Assembly (NCBI RefSeq): GCF_902713615.1
Contig: NC_052162.1
Span: 123,962,653-124,026,652, forward strand
Direction: 5' to 3'
Source of the DNA: Scyliorhinus canicula
Taxonomy: Eukaryota
DNA length: 64,000 bases
The stretch's first letter is position 1. Each line of letters starts with the position of its first letter. Of this stretch, positions 35,726 to 47,342 are shown piece after piece. The notes beneath the pieces were generated by a model, which worked only from the letters and a program-made list of their open reading frames with translations, made no database searches and was not told the origin of the DNA. Position numbers and translations under genes: made by a program.

Positions 35726-37585
35726 TTTTTTTTAAATAAACGTTTTATTGAGATATTTCTTTGGCATTTCAACAACAAAATCAACAATATACATAACAAG
35801 AAAAATATAAACATAGTGCAAATTCCACCTTCCTCTCCCACAGGTCTTGCTATTACTTACCCCCCTAACGTACGCGAACCTAACCCCCTCCCTCCTTCCC
35901 TTTCTGCTGACGATTAGTTCTCTGCGAGGAAGTCGATGAATGGTTGCCACCTCCGGGCGAACCCCAGCAGAGACCCTCTCATGGCGAACTTAATTTTCTC
36001 CAGGCAGAGGAAGCCAGCCATGTCCGAAAGCCAGGTCTCCGATTTCGGGGGCTTTGAGTCCCTCTACGCCAACAATATCCGCCTCTGGGCTACCAGGGAA
36101 GAAAAGGCCAGAACATCCGCCTCTCTCTCCTCCTGGATTCCCGGATCCTGCGACAACCCAAAAATCGCCACCTCCGTACTCATTGCCACCCTCATATTTA
36201 ATACTGTGGACATGGCGTCGGCAAACTCCTGCCAAAATCCCCTCAGTTTAGACATGCCTAGAACATATGGACATGATTCGCTGCCCGCCCCCACCCACGC
36301 ATTTCACCTGTCCACCACCCATCCGGGCCACTGTCATGTGAGCCCAGTGAACAACCTTCAATTGGATAAGGCTGAGCCTGGCACATGTTGCAGTAGTATT
36401 GACCCTTCCTAACACGTCTATCCAGAGGCCCTCCTCTGTCTCTCCCTCCAGCTCCTCCTCCCACTTTTGCTTCAGCTCCTCGGTTTGCATCTTCTCTGAA
36501 CCCATAAGCTCTCTATATATGTCCAAGACGCTTCCCTCCCCTATCCATCCTCTAGAGACCACCCTATCCTGAATTCCCCTCAGCAGAGTGGGAAGGTTGG
36601 TATCTGCTTCCGCAAAACGTCCCGTACCTGTAAATATCAGAATTCATTTCCCCCAGCCAATGCTAACTTCTCCTCCAGCGCCCTCTTACTCGGGAAGCTG
36701 CCTTCCAAGAACAAGTCCCCCATCCTGTCAATCCCCGCTCTCCGCCAAATTCGGAACCCCCGTCCATCCTCCCCGGGGCAAACCGATGGTTGTTGCAGAT
36801 TGGGGACCACATCGATGCCTCCTCTGCTTCCACATGTATCCTCCACTTCCCCCAGACTCTCAGGACCGCCACCACCACTGGACTGGTGGAGTACCGCGCC
36901 GGGGGGGACGGCAGGGGCGACGTCACCAATGCCCCTAAACTTGTGCCATTACATGAAGCTGCCTCCATGCGCACCCACGCCGGCTCATCCCACACCAGCC
37001 ACCTCCTAACCATGGCTGTATTAACCGTCCAGTAGTAATTGCTGAAATTCGGCAGCGCCAGCCCACCATCCTCCCGACTCCGCTCGAGCATTGCCCTCTT
37101 CACCCGCGGGGGCTTGCCCTCCCACACAATGCCCACGATAATCTTATTGATCCGCTTAGAAAAGGATCGCGGGATGAAGATGGGGAGGCACTGGAAAACG
37201 AAAAGGAACCTCGGGAGGACCATCATTTTTACCGACCACCCTACCCACCAGAGACAACGGGAGCGTTTCCCATCTCCGGAAATCCTCCTTCATCTGGTCC
37301 ACCAACTGGGCCAGGTTCAATTTGTGTAGCCTGTCCCAATCCCTCGCCACCTGAATACCCAAGTACCTAAATATGTCCCCTACCACTCTAAACGGCAGTT
37401 CCCGCAGTCGCCTCTCCTGACCTCTCGCTTGAACTACAAACAACTCGCTCTTCCCCGTATTAAGCTTGTACCCCGAAAACCGACCACGTTCCCCTAAGAT
37501 TCGCATAATTTCCCACATCCCCTCCATTGGGTCTGAGACATAGATCAGGAGATCATCCGAATACAGCGAGACTCAGTGCTCCACA

Positions 37586-37616
<31 letters not shown>

Positions 37617-37870
37617 GACCAACCCCTTCCAGCCCCTTGAGGCCCTCAGAGAAATTGCCAGCGGCTCTATCGCCAGCGCAAACAGTAGTGGGGAGAGGGG
37701 ACATCCTGGTCTCGTCCCCCGGTGTAGCCTGAAATATTCTGGTACAGCAACCTAACCCAGACAACAAAGCCCCTTCCAAACCCGAACCGCTCCAGCACCT
37801 CCCATAAGTAATCCCACTCGACCCGGTCGAAGGCTTTTTCCGCGTCCATCGCAACCACCACTTTAACTTC
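35726..37870 (-). mobile_element. L1/Tx1-type LINE, ORF2 3' half (RT to 3'UTR and A tail), decayed
   Basis: [58 protein letters not shown] and NHVHMF motifs. Confidence 0.9.
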
Positions 37871-40861
37871 CCTACCTTCCGGGACTTGTGGGAGGAAACG
37901 GGAGCGTCCGTAGGAAACCGACACAGACTCGGGGAGAACATGCAGACTCTGCACAGACAGTGACCCAAGCGGGAATCGAACCCTGTTGGACAGGGATGCT
38001 TTCAGCAGACATTGTGTTCCAGGAGCAGGTAGGGTTTGTACTGCTGGGGTAGAGATTGTGAGGGTTTGATGGGGGTGTCTGGGGCATAACGTTGGGAGTT
38101 GGGGTGATTGCAGAGGGTTAAAGACAGATTGGAGACAGAGATGGGAAGGTGGTGGGGATGTGTGGCGGTGATCATCAAAAAGGGGTCAGTGATTGAGAAA
38201 GGAGGGTCAGTGATCATGTAGGTAGGGGTGGTCATACCATGGGAGCTTCCTGCTAAGGAGGTTCTGTTGCGGCAGGAGCCCAGTCACAAGGTGAGAGAAA
38301 CAGGTTATCTGGGGGTTTGGGAGAAAGCACTCCGGCTCCTCAAGGCCCATGAGGAGTACTGGAAGGGCAAAGCAGTCCTCGCCTACTTTTAGCTGGTGGC
38401 TTTTCAAGGCCCGAGAAACTTATTTGGCCAAGTTTAAATTTTAAATGGAGCCAGAATATGAGTCTGCAGCCTCATTAATAAATTAAAATGAGTAACTCAC
38501 CTTCGAGAACAGATTGGTTAACTTTCACCAAGTTATAGAGTCATAATCGCACAGCAAGAAGTTCTTCAGCCCATCAAATACTTGCTGGGTCTTTGTAGAA
38601 CAATCCAATAAGTCCCAATGTACCTGTTCTATTCCCATAGCCCTGCAAGTTTATTTCCCTTAAATACTGATCCAAAATCCTGTTGAAGTTATTTGTTGTT
38701 TCCACTTCTGCCACATTGCTGAGCAGAGAGTTCCAGGTCATTATGACTCGTTGTGAAAAAAAGTTCTTCCTCACCCCCCCCTCAAACCTGCCTATAGATT
38801 TTGCCTTAAGGGCAGAATTTTGCTGTCCAAAATGGGGTGAGAACAGAGGATGCATCTATTAAAACCAAAATGGGTATATTCGAGGTGGTTTGGTTTGGGT
38901 TTGAGACATCTTAAATTTCTACATCCCACTCAACCCAGACCCATCCGTTTGTTTTTTTTAGATAAAATTTGCCTCAAAAGATTTGATTGCCATTTGTCTG
39001 CTGTGGCTGACCTTAACTTCTTTTTCACAATGGCATTGCTAATAGCACTTTCTGCAATGGTAGTTGTTATTGCAATTAAACATCAAATCAAACACAGGAC
39101 ATAAATAAGTTTAAAACAGTGAGAGTTAACTGACCTGCCCGAAAAGCTTGATAAGCTCTTATTCAATCCATCTTTAGCCTGATACATCAATATCTGCAGC
39201 ACATTGTCCATTTTGCACAATTAGATGGACAATCTTCAACTTTTGTGACCTACTTTGTGAGCACATCATTGAAGATGTATCAATTGGCCAATTCATTGAG
39301 CAATCATAGAAAAGTTGAGGTTGTAATGATTACACAAGACTTGGACATCAGACTCAATGACTGTCTTTTCATTTCTTGACAGACGTACATTAGGGTTTGA
39401 AATACAAACTTTCAAGCTAGGTCAAAATATACAAAATCTGATAAGATCGAGCTTGTTTGTTGACTCCCCCGACTTAAATGCTCTCTTTTCCATGCATTTG
39501 TGAATCTTTGCTGTTGGTGTGTTCATCAGCCTGCATTGGTTCCTCATTGTCGGATCCAATAAGATTATGGGTATCTCCTTGAGTCTGACAAAAAGCATCG
39601 CTGTTGTGATCACAGTTATATACTGTTGCCGCTTCTTGCTTGATAACATTGCTAACAGCTCAAAGTTATGCCAGTAAGACTCAAACTGCTACAAATGTTG
39701 CTGCTGCTGGTTGTAAATCTGAAAATGGCAACACTTTGAGTTTGTCACATCTGAATGCTTGGAGATTTTCAATGGGTTATCATATTTTTTAATGTGGTTT
39801 TAAAAGGCACTTGCGAATGGTTTTTCCGAAAGCATTTATCACAAGGAGGCAAATTCCATTTGCTCTTTCAAATTTTGGTTAACCATGCTGAGCACTGATA
39901 TTTGAGTAGTGTTTCACCGGGTTGTTAATGAGGTCAGGCATTTTAAATAGCCGGGTGTCAAACATTGGAAGGTTTGATGCTCTCGTTGTCCCACGCCTGC
40001 ATAAAACCCATTTACAAGTAACCATGTTTCTCATCGATGATGTTTGGCTGTTGGGTACAAGGGAATGGTTCCGGGGATGACATAGCCTTGGACCTCAAAG
40101 TGCCAGGTCAAGGGATAGCTCTGAAACTGGTGATGCTCTGGCTGATGGAACAATATCTAACTTTCCGGCACATGTTGTGTCGTTCTGGGGTAGGGTAGAG
40201 TTGGGTGGGCTAGATGTGTATTCTCTGGGGAATGCCTACCACAGTAATGCCTAGTTACTGATGTGTAAGGGTTGTCTTCTGGGTGGCCAGAAGGGCAATA
40301 AACAACTACTAATGGCTGTTGACTGTTGAAACCAAACTGTAGAGACTGTGTCATACTGGAGCCCAGGATCCAACAAGCAGCAGTCTAAACACTCACGACT
40401 TTTAGTATAACTCAGACTTCTGACACCAAGAGTTCTATAGAGATATCCTGAAGTAACCGTACGCTTCATTGTATATCAGTTCTGTAAACTACACAAATAT
40501 AGGTAATGGACTCGCGCACCACCCACAAGATCCAGCAGATTGTCTGGCACATAATCTCATGACTTTGGTAAACATTATTTGCACTCTGCAGCTGAGCAAA
40601 GGTGCCAGTCCAGGTTGCTACTTATTCTCTGCCACCACCACCACCTAGTTCTCTCATTTATGTTCCGTGCAAAGCCCAGTGCTCAAACTGACTTTGGGGA
40701 TGGATGTAAATCCGCTGATGATAGAGAAGGAGTGAATGATACAGGGTGCTGTGAGGTGTGATCAGTAATTTGGGGGTTCACTGTAATAGCTTAAAAAGAG
40801 GAACACATGTTTGCATGATAACTGCAACAAAACACTTTCAAACTAATGCTCCACAGCTAAT

Positions 40862-41027
40862 NNNNNNNNNNNNNNNNNNNNNNNNNNNNNNNNNNNNNNN
40901 NNNNNNNNNNNNNNNNNNNNNNNNNNNNNNNNNNNNNNNNNNNNNNNNNNNNNNNNNNNNNNNNNNNNNNNNNNNNNNNNNNNNNNNNNNNNNNNNNNNN
41001 NNNNNNNNNNNNNNNNNNNNNNNNNNN
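40862..41027. other. Assembly gap (N run)
   Basis: Run of n characters. Confidence 1.
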
Positions 41028-41369
41028 TGTGTGTGTGATATGGCAATGGGAGTGTGAAGGTGTGTGTGTGTGTGTACTTGTGTGTCTCTGGTGCACCAGA
41101 AAGGAGGCCATTTGGCCCATTGGGCCGACTCATGTCCGACTGTCCTGATCTTTCCCCACAGTCATTTCTCTCCACCACAAGTATTTATCCCATTCCCCCC
41201 TCCTGAGATTTATTGATAAATCTGCTTCCACCACTCTTTCAACCAATCCATGTCACCTCTGATTTTTTTCCCAAACACCTTCAGACGGGAGAGTGAGTGG
41301 AACAAGGAGAACAGGAATAGGATGATTCTGACCAGCAACGTGGGGAAGACGTTAAGCTTCACCCTGGCC

Positions 41370-41728
41370 GACTGCCTCTATTGTTGTCAGGTGTAAGTCA
41401 AAGGGGAAGTTTGTCAGAATGGGGGAGGGGGCGGGAGACTGAAGGAAGGTGGGGAAACCACAAGAGAAGAGGAGGGAGGTAAAATAAAAGAAGAACACAG
41501 CTGAACCAAAGGGGGGAGGAAGGCCGGAGGGTGGGGGACAACGGGGAAGGGGGAGGAACTATAGACCGATCCAGAGGGCAGCGAAATGTACAAAGATTCA
41601 GTTAAACAAAGGACAAAATAAACCTCTCTGTACAATAAAGTAAATTAGCGCGGGAAAGAAAAATGTGATGTGTATATACAGCTCTTTATGAATATGAGAA
41701 ATGCCAATAAAAAGATTTTTTTTAAAAG
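41370..41728 (+). mobile_element. L1-type 3'UTR fragment
   Basis: G-rich tract followed by GCCAATAAAAAGATTTTTTTAAAA. Confidence 0.5.
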
Positions 41729-42569
41729 AATGGATTCAGACAGGGTTGTTTCCAGGTTTACATTTTTTCATCCTGCAATGCATCATCTTTTGTGGAATCT
41801 GAGTCATAAAGCTGAGGTATTGGATATTTTAGAAGCACAGAAGAATGAGATGCAAAATATCCACCCGACACATCAGCCCGGAGTGCAATGGAATACTCTC
41901 CACTTGCCTGGATGAGTGCTGCTCCAACAACACTCAAAAAGCTTGACACCATCTAGGACAAAGTAGTCCACTTGATTGGCACCTCATTCACCACCTTGAA
42001 TATTCACTCCCTCTACAATCGACATCCAGTGGTAGCAGTGTGTACCAAATACAAGATGCACTGCAGCAACTCGGCCAGGTTTCTTCAACAGCACCTTCCA
42101 AACCCCGAACCTCTGCCACTTGGCAGGAAAAGGGCAGTAAATGCACGGGGGCACCACTGCCTGCAAGTTCCCCTCCAAGACACACACCATCCTGACTTGG
42201 AACTATATCGCAAGACATCCCTCATCACAATGGAGAGCATCTTATTGTCTGATGTTGCATTCCAGGTGTTTTTCACATCCAACAAACTCTTTCTTCCTCA
42301 GCAACCATATGCTACTTTGTCCATTACCTCTTATGGGAGGGTTTCTTACAGTCCCAAAATAGGGAACCCTCCTTGACGATCTTTTTACAAAAACACCTCT
42401 AATTCATCATCAGACAATGAAGGTGCTCCGCATTGTGATGAGGCATGTCTAGTTCTATGCCCACCAAGAGATAGGAAATCCCCTTAAATACTAACTACAG
42501 TCTTTAAAAGCTGTAACAGTCAATTATTTCCTGTACCAGTGATCTCGACTAACAATATGCTGGACATAA

Positions 42570-43025
42570 TTAACATTGGAAGGGATTGGAAGGCCAATGG
42601 TGGGCAGCCTCGGCCACCGCAAAACACCCGCGGGGGGAGCAGAAAATCCCACCCACTGTGTCCATAGCTGGAAAATATAGATAGACACTGACCACTCGGT
42701 CCCGAGTTACTGACCATGATCCGATTATGGCCTCTGCCACCTCCGCCCAGGCCCGGTTGACATCTGTGGGTGACAACCTCCTTCCCACCTCGGGGAACAG
42801 CGTGCCCCATCTCTCCTCCATGGCATCCAGTAAAAGCTCGAGCTCTGTATCTGTGAATCTCGGGGCCTGCTTTGGAATTGCACTAGTGCCACGTGGTGTG
42901 AGTGCTGCCACATTAGCATGTCCTAAATGGCTCCGGCAGTCACGCCCCCATCAGGACCAGGGAACACCTCCCATTCAGTCCTGGTGTCTACATTTAGCCT
43001 CTCAAACAGAGAATTCTGCCCCTTG
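42570..43025 (-). mobile_element. PIF/Harbinger-derived fragment with Myb/SANT-like ORF (second copy ~45437-45890)
   Basis: APRFTDTELELLLDAMEERWGTLFP...RAWAEVAEA. Confidence 0.7.
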
Positions 43026-43196
43026 TTCTTTGCTTCCTGACTTGATTCTCTAAATTGGGGAATTGTGGTCCCTGTGACATCACACTGTCGGGTATGATGC
43101 TATTGTGACAGAATTCCGTGTTGTCACGGTACCCACCATGTTTGTTTACATCATCCCACATCACCCGTTTCCATAGTTACCCAGTTTAACTCGCTG

Positions 43197-43874
43197 TTGA
43201 CAGAATCTTTCCCATTGATTTGGTGGTCTACCTGCCAACTCCTCAGACAGAAAACGATTGCTCAGACTGAACATTATATTCAGGCATTCAGAACAATGAT
43301 CGTGACTACGTGGATTATTTATTGTTGGGCAAATGGTAAAATACACGGAGCAGTTCGTTCAGTTTCTGTCGCAAAGATTGATGAAGTGACTACTGGAGAA
43401 ATTGAAGAAATTATCTCCGGTGGAGATCAGGCACAACGTGTCAGCGGTCAAAATACCTCAGCTGCTGTTGTGTCTGCAGAGGAGATCGAAGTTGGAACCG
43501 AGCAGCCAGAAGAGGAGCTGAACCTCCAGGCCCTCATGTCAGAGATCAAAGGTCAGCTGTTGTGGAGGAGGCTGATCCTGGTACCGAGTGACCAGAATGA
43601 CCAGCAGGATCTGGGAGTTTCCCTGGAGATCAGCCAAGGTGTGAGACACTATCAGATAATCGAGTGGACAAGCAGCTCATCTGAACCAATGGTTATATCT
43701 CTTACCCCAGCTTTTAATCTTGATGACATTGAATGCCACATTGAACTGCAGGAAAATAGCGTCAATGGCAGTAGTGATGTGGAAGACAGATCTGCCGGTG
43801 AGGTCTCTGTTGCCATCGATCATCATCCAGAGGACCAAGCCTCACTGCTCAGCAACACCGAGGGAGCCCTCTGA
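43197..43874 (+). CDS. Unknown acidic protein exon/ORF, copy A
   Basis: 225-codon open frame preceded by acceptor tttccatAG (43176); ATG at 43296; the frame from that ATG is also open in copy B. Confidence 0.4.
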   Translation: MTESFPLIWWSTCQLLRQKTIAQTEHYIQAFRTMIVTTWIIYCWANGKIHGAVRSVSVAKIDEVTTGEIEEIISGGDQAQRVSGQNTSAAVVSAEEIEVGTEQPEEELNLQALMSEIKGQLLWRRLILVPSDQNDQQDLGVSLEISQGVRHYQIIEWTSSSSEPMVISLTPAFNLDDIECHIELQENSVNGSSDVEDRSAGEVSVAIDHHPEDQASLLSNTEGAL

Positions 43875-44279
43875 AATGGCCGAGCCAGCCACTTAGTTGT
43901 ATGCAAGAAGGTGGCTCAGCACCAACTTCTGAAGGGCAAACAGAGATGGGCAATACATATTGACTTTGCCAGTGATATTCATGTTCTGGGAATGAAGGCA
44001 AACAGTGAATTTGCGGGTGCGTTGTTGGTCAAATTGTTGATAGACAAGACAGTCAAAGGTAATGGGGTGGGGGGTGTATGGCAAAGTGGAGTTAAGACCA
44101 CAACTGGATCAGTCATAAGCTCAAAGGGCTGAATGGCCTACTTCTGTTCCTATGATTAGCATTGGTTGATGGAACAGAGAGGCTGAATGGCTGATGTCAA
44201 ATTACTGAGAGGAGGACGAGGAGAAATAATGGAAAAGGTGTCAAGTTTCCTGATTAGATGTTCTTTTTACGACCGTTAG

Positions 44280-44786
44280 GTTGAGTTTATCGATTTAATT
44301 GTGCATCCTCTCTGGGAGACCTGGGCTGAACTGGTTTATCCTGATGCCAAAGAGATGTTGGCCAACCTGGAGGACAACCGCAAATGGTTTCAGAGCATGA
44401 TTCCTCGCAGCCCACCCTCCCTGGATTTGGGGGAGAGCTCTACAATGGGCCACAATAACCTCCTGCTCAACATCACAACGTACAAGGATGGGTTGGTCAC
44501 CCAGAGCACCACTGACAGCTCCGACAAAGAGATGTACAGCTTGAGCAGCTGGGAGACCGCAAACACTGACTTTTCGGAGACCATAGACGCCAGCCAGCCG
44601 ATGCCACTCAAAACGTCCAAAAGTGAGGTGGACAGCTCCTTGGCCGAAGACGACAGCACCAGGGATTCAGAGAGCAGTACACCAGATGGTAGGTATCAGC
44701 CTCTATACCCGTACCCGGGCTCGCCACCGAAGCCCACAGCTGCACAGGGTGAAAGCCAGTCAAACCCCAGAGGACACTTCGGATGA
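44280..44786 (+). pseudogene. PDE4: Orphan terminal exon of a cAMP-specific phosphodiesterase 4-like gene
   Basis: Acceptor AG at 44279, then [45 protein letters not shown], matching PDE4 [40 protein letters not shown]. No upstream catalytic exons were seen. Confidence 0.8.
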
Positions 44787-46158
44787 ATCCAGGCAACTGA
44801 CAGCACAAAGTGCTAGTGGGAGCTGCTGAACGTGCGAATTAGCTCTACATAGCCGCAACCGGAAGTCCCCTATTCACTCCCTCTACAATCGACATACAGT
44901 GGGAGCAGTGTGTGCCACATACAAGATGCACTGCAGCAACTCGGTCAGGTTTCTTCAACAGCACCTTCCAAACCCCCAACCTCTGCCACTTGGCAGGAAA
45001 AGGGCAGTAAATGCATGGGGGCACCACTGCCTGCAAGTTCCCCTCCAAGCCACACACCATCCTGACTTGGAACTATATCGCAAGACATCCCTCATCACAA
45101 TGCAGAGAACCTTATTTTCTGATGTTGCATTCCAGGTGTTTTTCACATCCAACAAACTCTTTCTTCCTCAGCAACCATATGCTGCTTTGTCCATTAGCTC
45201 TTGTGGGAGGGTTTTTACAATCCCAAAATAGGGAAGCCTCCTTGACGATCTTTTTACAAAAACACCTCTAATTCATCATCAGACAATGAAGGTGCTCTGC
45301 ATTGTGATGAGGCATGTCTAGATCTATGCCCACCAAGAGATAGGAAATCCCCTAAAATACTCACTAGTCTTTAAAAGCTGTAACAGTCAATTATTTCCTG
45401 TACCAGTGATCTCGACTAACAGTATGCTGGACATAATTAACATTGGAAGGGATTGGAAGGCCAATGTTGGGCTGCCTCTGCCACCGCAAAACACCCGCGG
45501 GGGGAGCAGAAAATCCCACCCACTGTGTCCATAGCTGGAAAATATAGATAGACACTGACCACTCGGTCCCGAGTTACTGACCATGATCCGATCATGGCCT
45601 CTGCCACCTCCGCCCAGGCCCGGTTGACATCTGTGGGTGAAAACCTCCTTCCCACCCCGGGGAACAGCGTGCCCACCTCTCCTCCATGGCATCCAGTAAA
45701 AGCTCGAGCTCTGTATCCGTGAATCTCGGGGCCTGCTTTGGAATTGCACTAGTGCCACGTGGTGTGAGTGCTGCCACATTAGCATGTCCTAAATGGCTCC
45801 GGCAGTCACGCCCCCATCAGGACTGGGGAACACCTCCAATTCAGTCCTGGTGTCTACACTTAGCCTCTCAAACAGAGAATTCTGCCCCTTGTTCTTTGCT
45901 TCCTGACTTGATTCTCTAAATTGGGGAATTGTGGTCCCTGTGACATCACACTGTCGGGTATGATGCTATTGTGACAGAATTCCGTGTTGTCACGGTACCC
46001 ATGTTTGTTTACATCATCCCACATCACCCGTTTCCATAGTTACCCAGTTTAACTCGCTGTTGACAGAATCTTTACCATTGATTTGGTGTTCTACCTGCCA
46101 ATTGCTCAGACAGTAAACGATTGCTAAGAGTGAACATTATATCCAGGCACTCAGAACA

Positions 46159-47073
46159 ATGATCGTGATTATGTGGATTATATATTGTTGGGCAAATGGT
46201 AAAATACATGGAGCAGTTCGCTCCGTTTCTGTCGCAAAGATTGATGAAGTGAATACTGTAGAAATTGAAGAAATTATCCCCGGTGGAGATCAGGCACAAC
46301 GTGTCAACGGTCAAAATACCTCAGCTGCTGTTGTGTCTGCAGAGGAGATCGAAATTGGAACCCAGCAGCCAGAGGAGGAGCTGAACCTCCAGGCCCTCAT
46401 GTCAGAGATCAAAGGTCAGCTGTTGTGGAGGAGGCTGATCCTGGTACCGAGTGGCCAGAATGACCAGCAGGATCTGGGAGTTTCCCTGGAGATCAGCGAA
46501 GGTGTGAGACACTGTCAGATGGTCGAGTGGACAAGCAGCTCACCTGAACCAATGGTTGAATCTCTTACTCCAGCTGTTAATCTTGATGACATTGAATGCC
46601 ACATTGAACTGCAGGAAAATAGCGTCATTGGCAGTAGTGACGTGGAAGACAGATTTGACGGTGAGGTCTCCTCTGTTGCCATCGATCATCATCCAGAGGA
46701 CCAAGCCTCACTGCTCAGCAACACTGAGGGAGCCACTGTGGACAATACCCCAGCTGGAGCCGTTGCAAATTTCATAGATGATGAAGAAATGGACAGTATT
46801 GATCTGGAATCCTCGTCGGACACTGGGAGCTTCAGGTCCACCGGATTTTTATTCGTGCAATTCCCGAGCAGCAGTGAGAATGACTCACTGCTGAGCAACA
46901 TTGAGGGAGCCGTAATGGACAATACCTGTGTTACTGACTGTATCTATACTGATGTTAAATGTTATTCCAGCTCCCTCACACTGTCACTGAGTAACCCCAC
47001 CCCCCAGCACCCTGTGTTACTGAGTGTATCTATACTGATATTAATGGAGCTCCCTCACACCGTCACTGAGTAA
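46159..47073 (+). CDS. Unknown acidic protein ORF, copy B (runs into a minisatellite)
   Basis: 304-codon ORF, D/E/S-rich, with internal repeat SLLSN(T/I)EGA..DNT. Confidence 0.4.
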   Translation: MIVIMWIIYCWANGKIHGAVRSVSVAKIDEVNTVEIEEIIPGGDQAQRVNGQNTSAAVVSAEEIEIGTQQPEEELNLQALMSEIKGQLLWRRLILVPSGQNDQQDLGVSLEISEGVRHCQMVEWTSSSPEPMVESLTPAVNLDDIECHIELQENSVIGSSDVEDRFDGEVSSVAIDHHPEDQASLLSNTEGATVDNTPAGAVANFIDDEEMDSIDLESSSDTGSFRSTGFLFVQFPSSSENDSLLSNIEGAVMDNTCVTDCIYTDVKCYSSSLTLSLSNPTPQHPVLLSVSILILMELPHTVTE

Positions 47074-47342
47074 CCCCACCCCCCAGCACCCTGTGTTACT
47101 GAGTGTATCTATACTGATATTAATGGAGCTCCCTCACACCGTCACTGAGTAACCCCACCCCCCAGCACCCTGTGTTACTGAGTTTATCTCTGCTGATATT
47201 AATGGAACTCCCTCACACTGTCACTCAGTAACCCCAACCCCCCAGCACCCTGTGTTACTGAGTGTATCTATACTGATATTAATGGAGCTCCCTCACACCG
47301 TCACTCAGTAACTCCTCTCCTGCAGTGTCCTGTGTTACTCAG
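46925..47342. repeat. 79-bp minisatellite, ~5 copies
   Basis: CTCCCTCACAC recurs at 46971, 47050, 47129, 47208 and 47288. Confidence 0.95.

Larger units (their letters stand above)
42001..44810 (+). repeat. Tandem segmental duplication, copy A
   Basis: Aligns with 44871-46733, 47905-48145, 49843-50084 and 54571-54610. Confidence 0.95.

Noticed and set aside
39190-40140. Possible decayed hAT transposase on the minus strand
   Set aside because: Only a vague resemblance; no diagnostic motif or TIR could be confirmed by eye.
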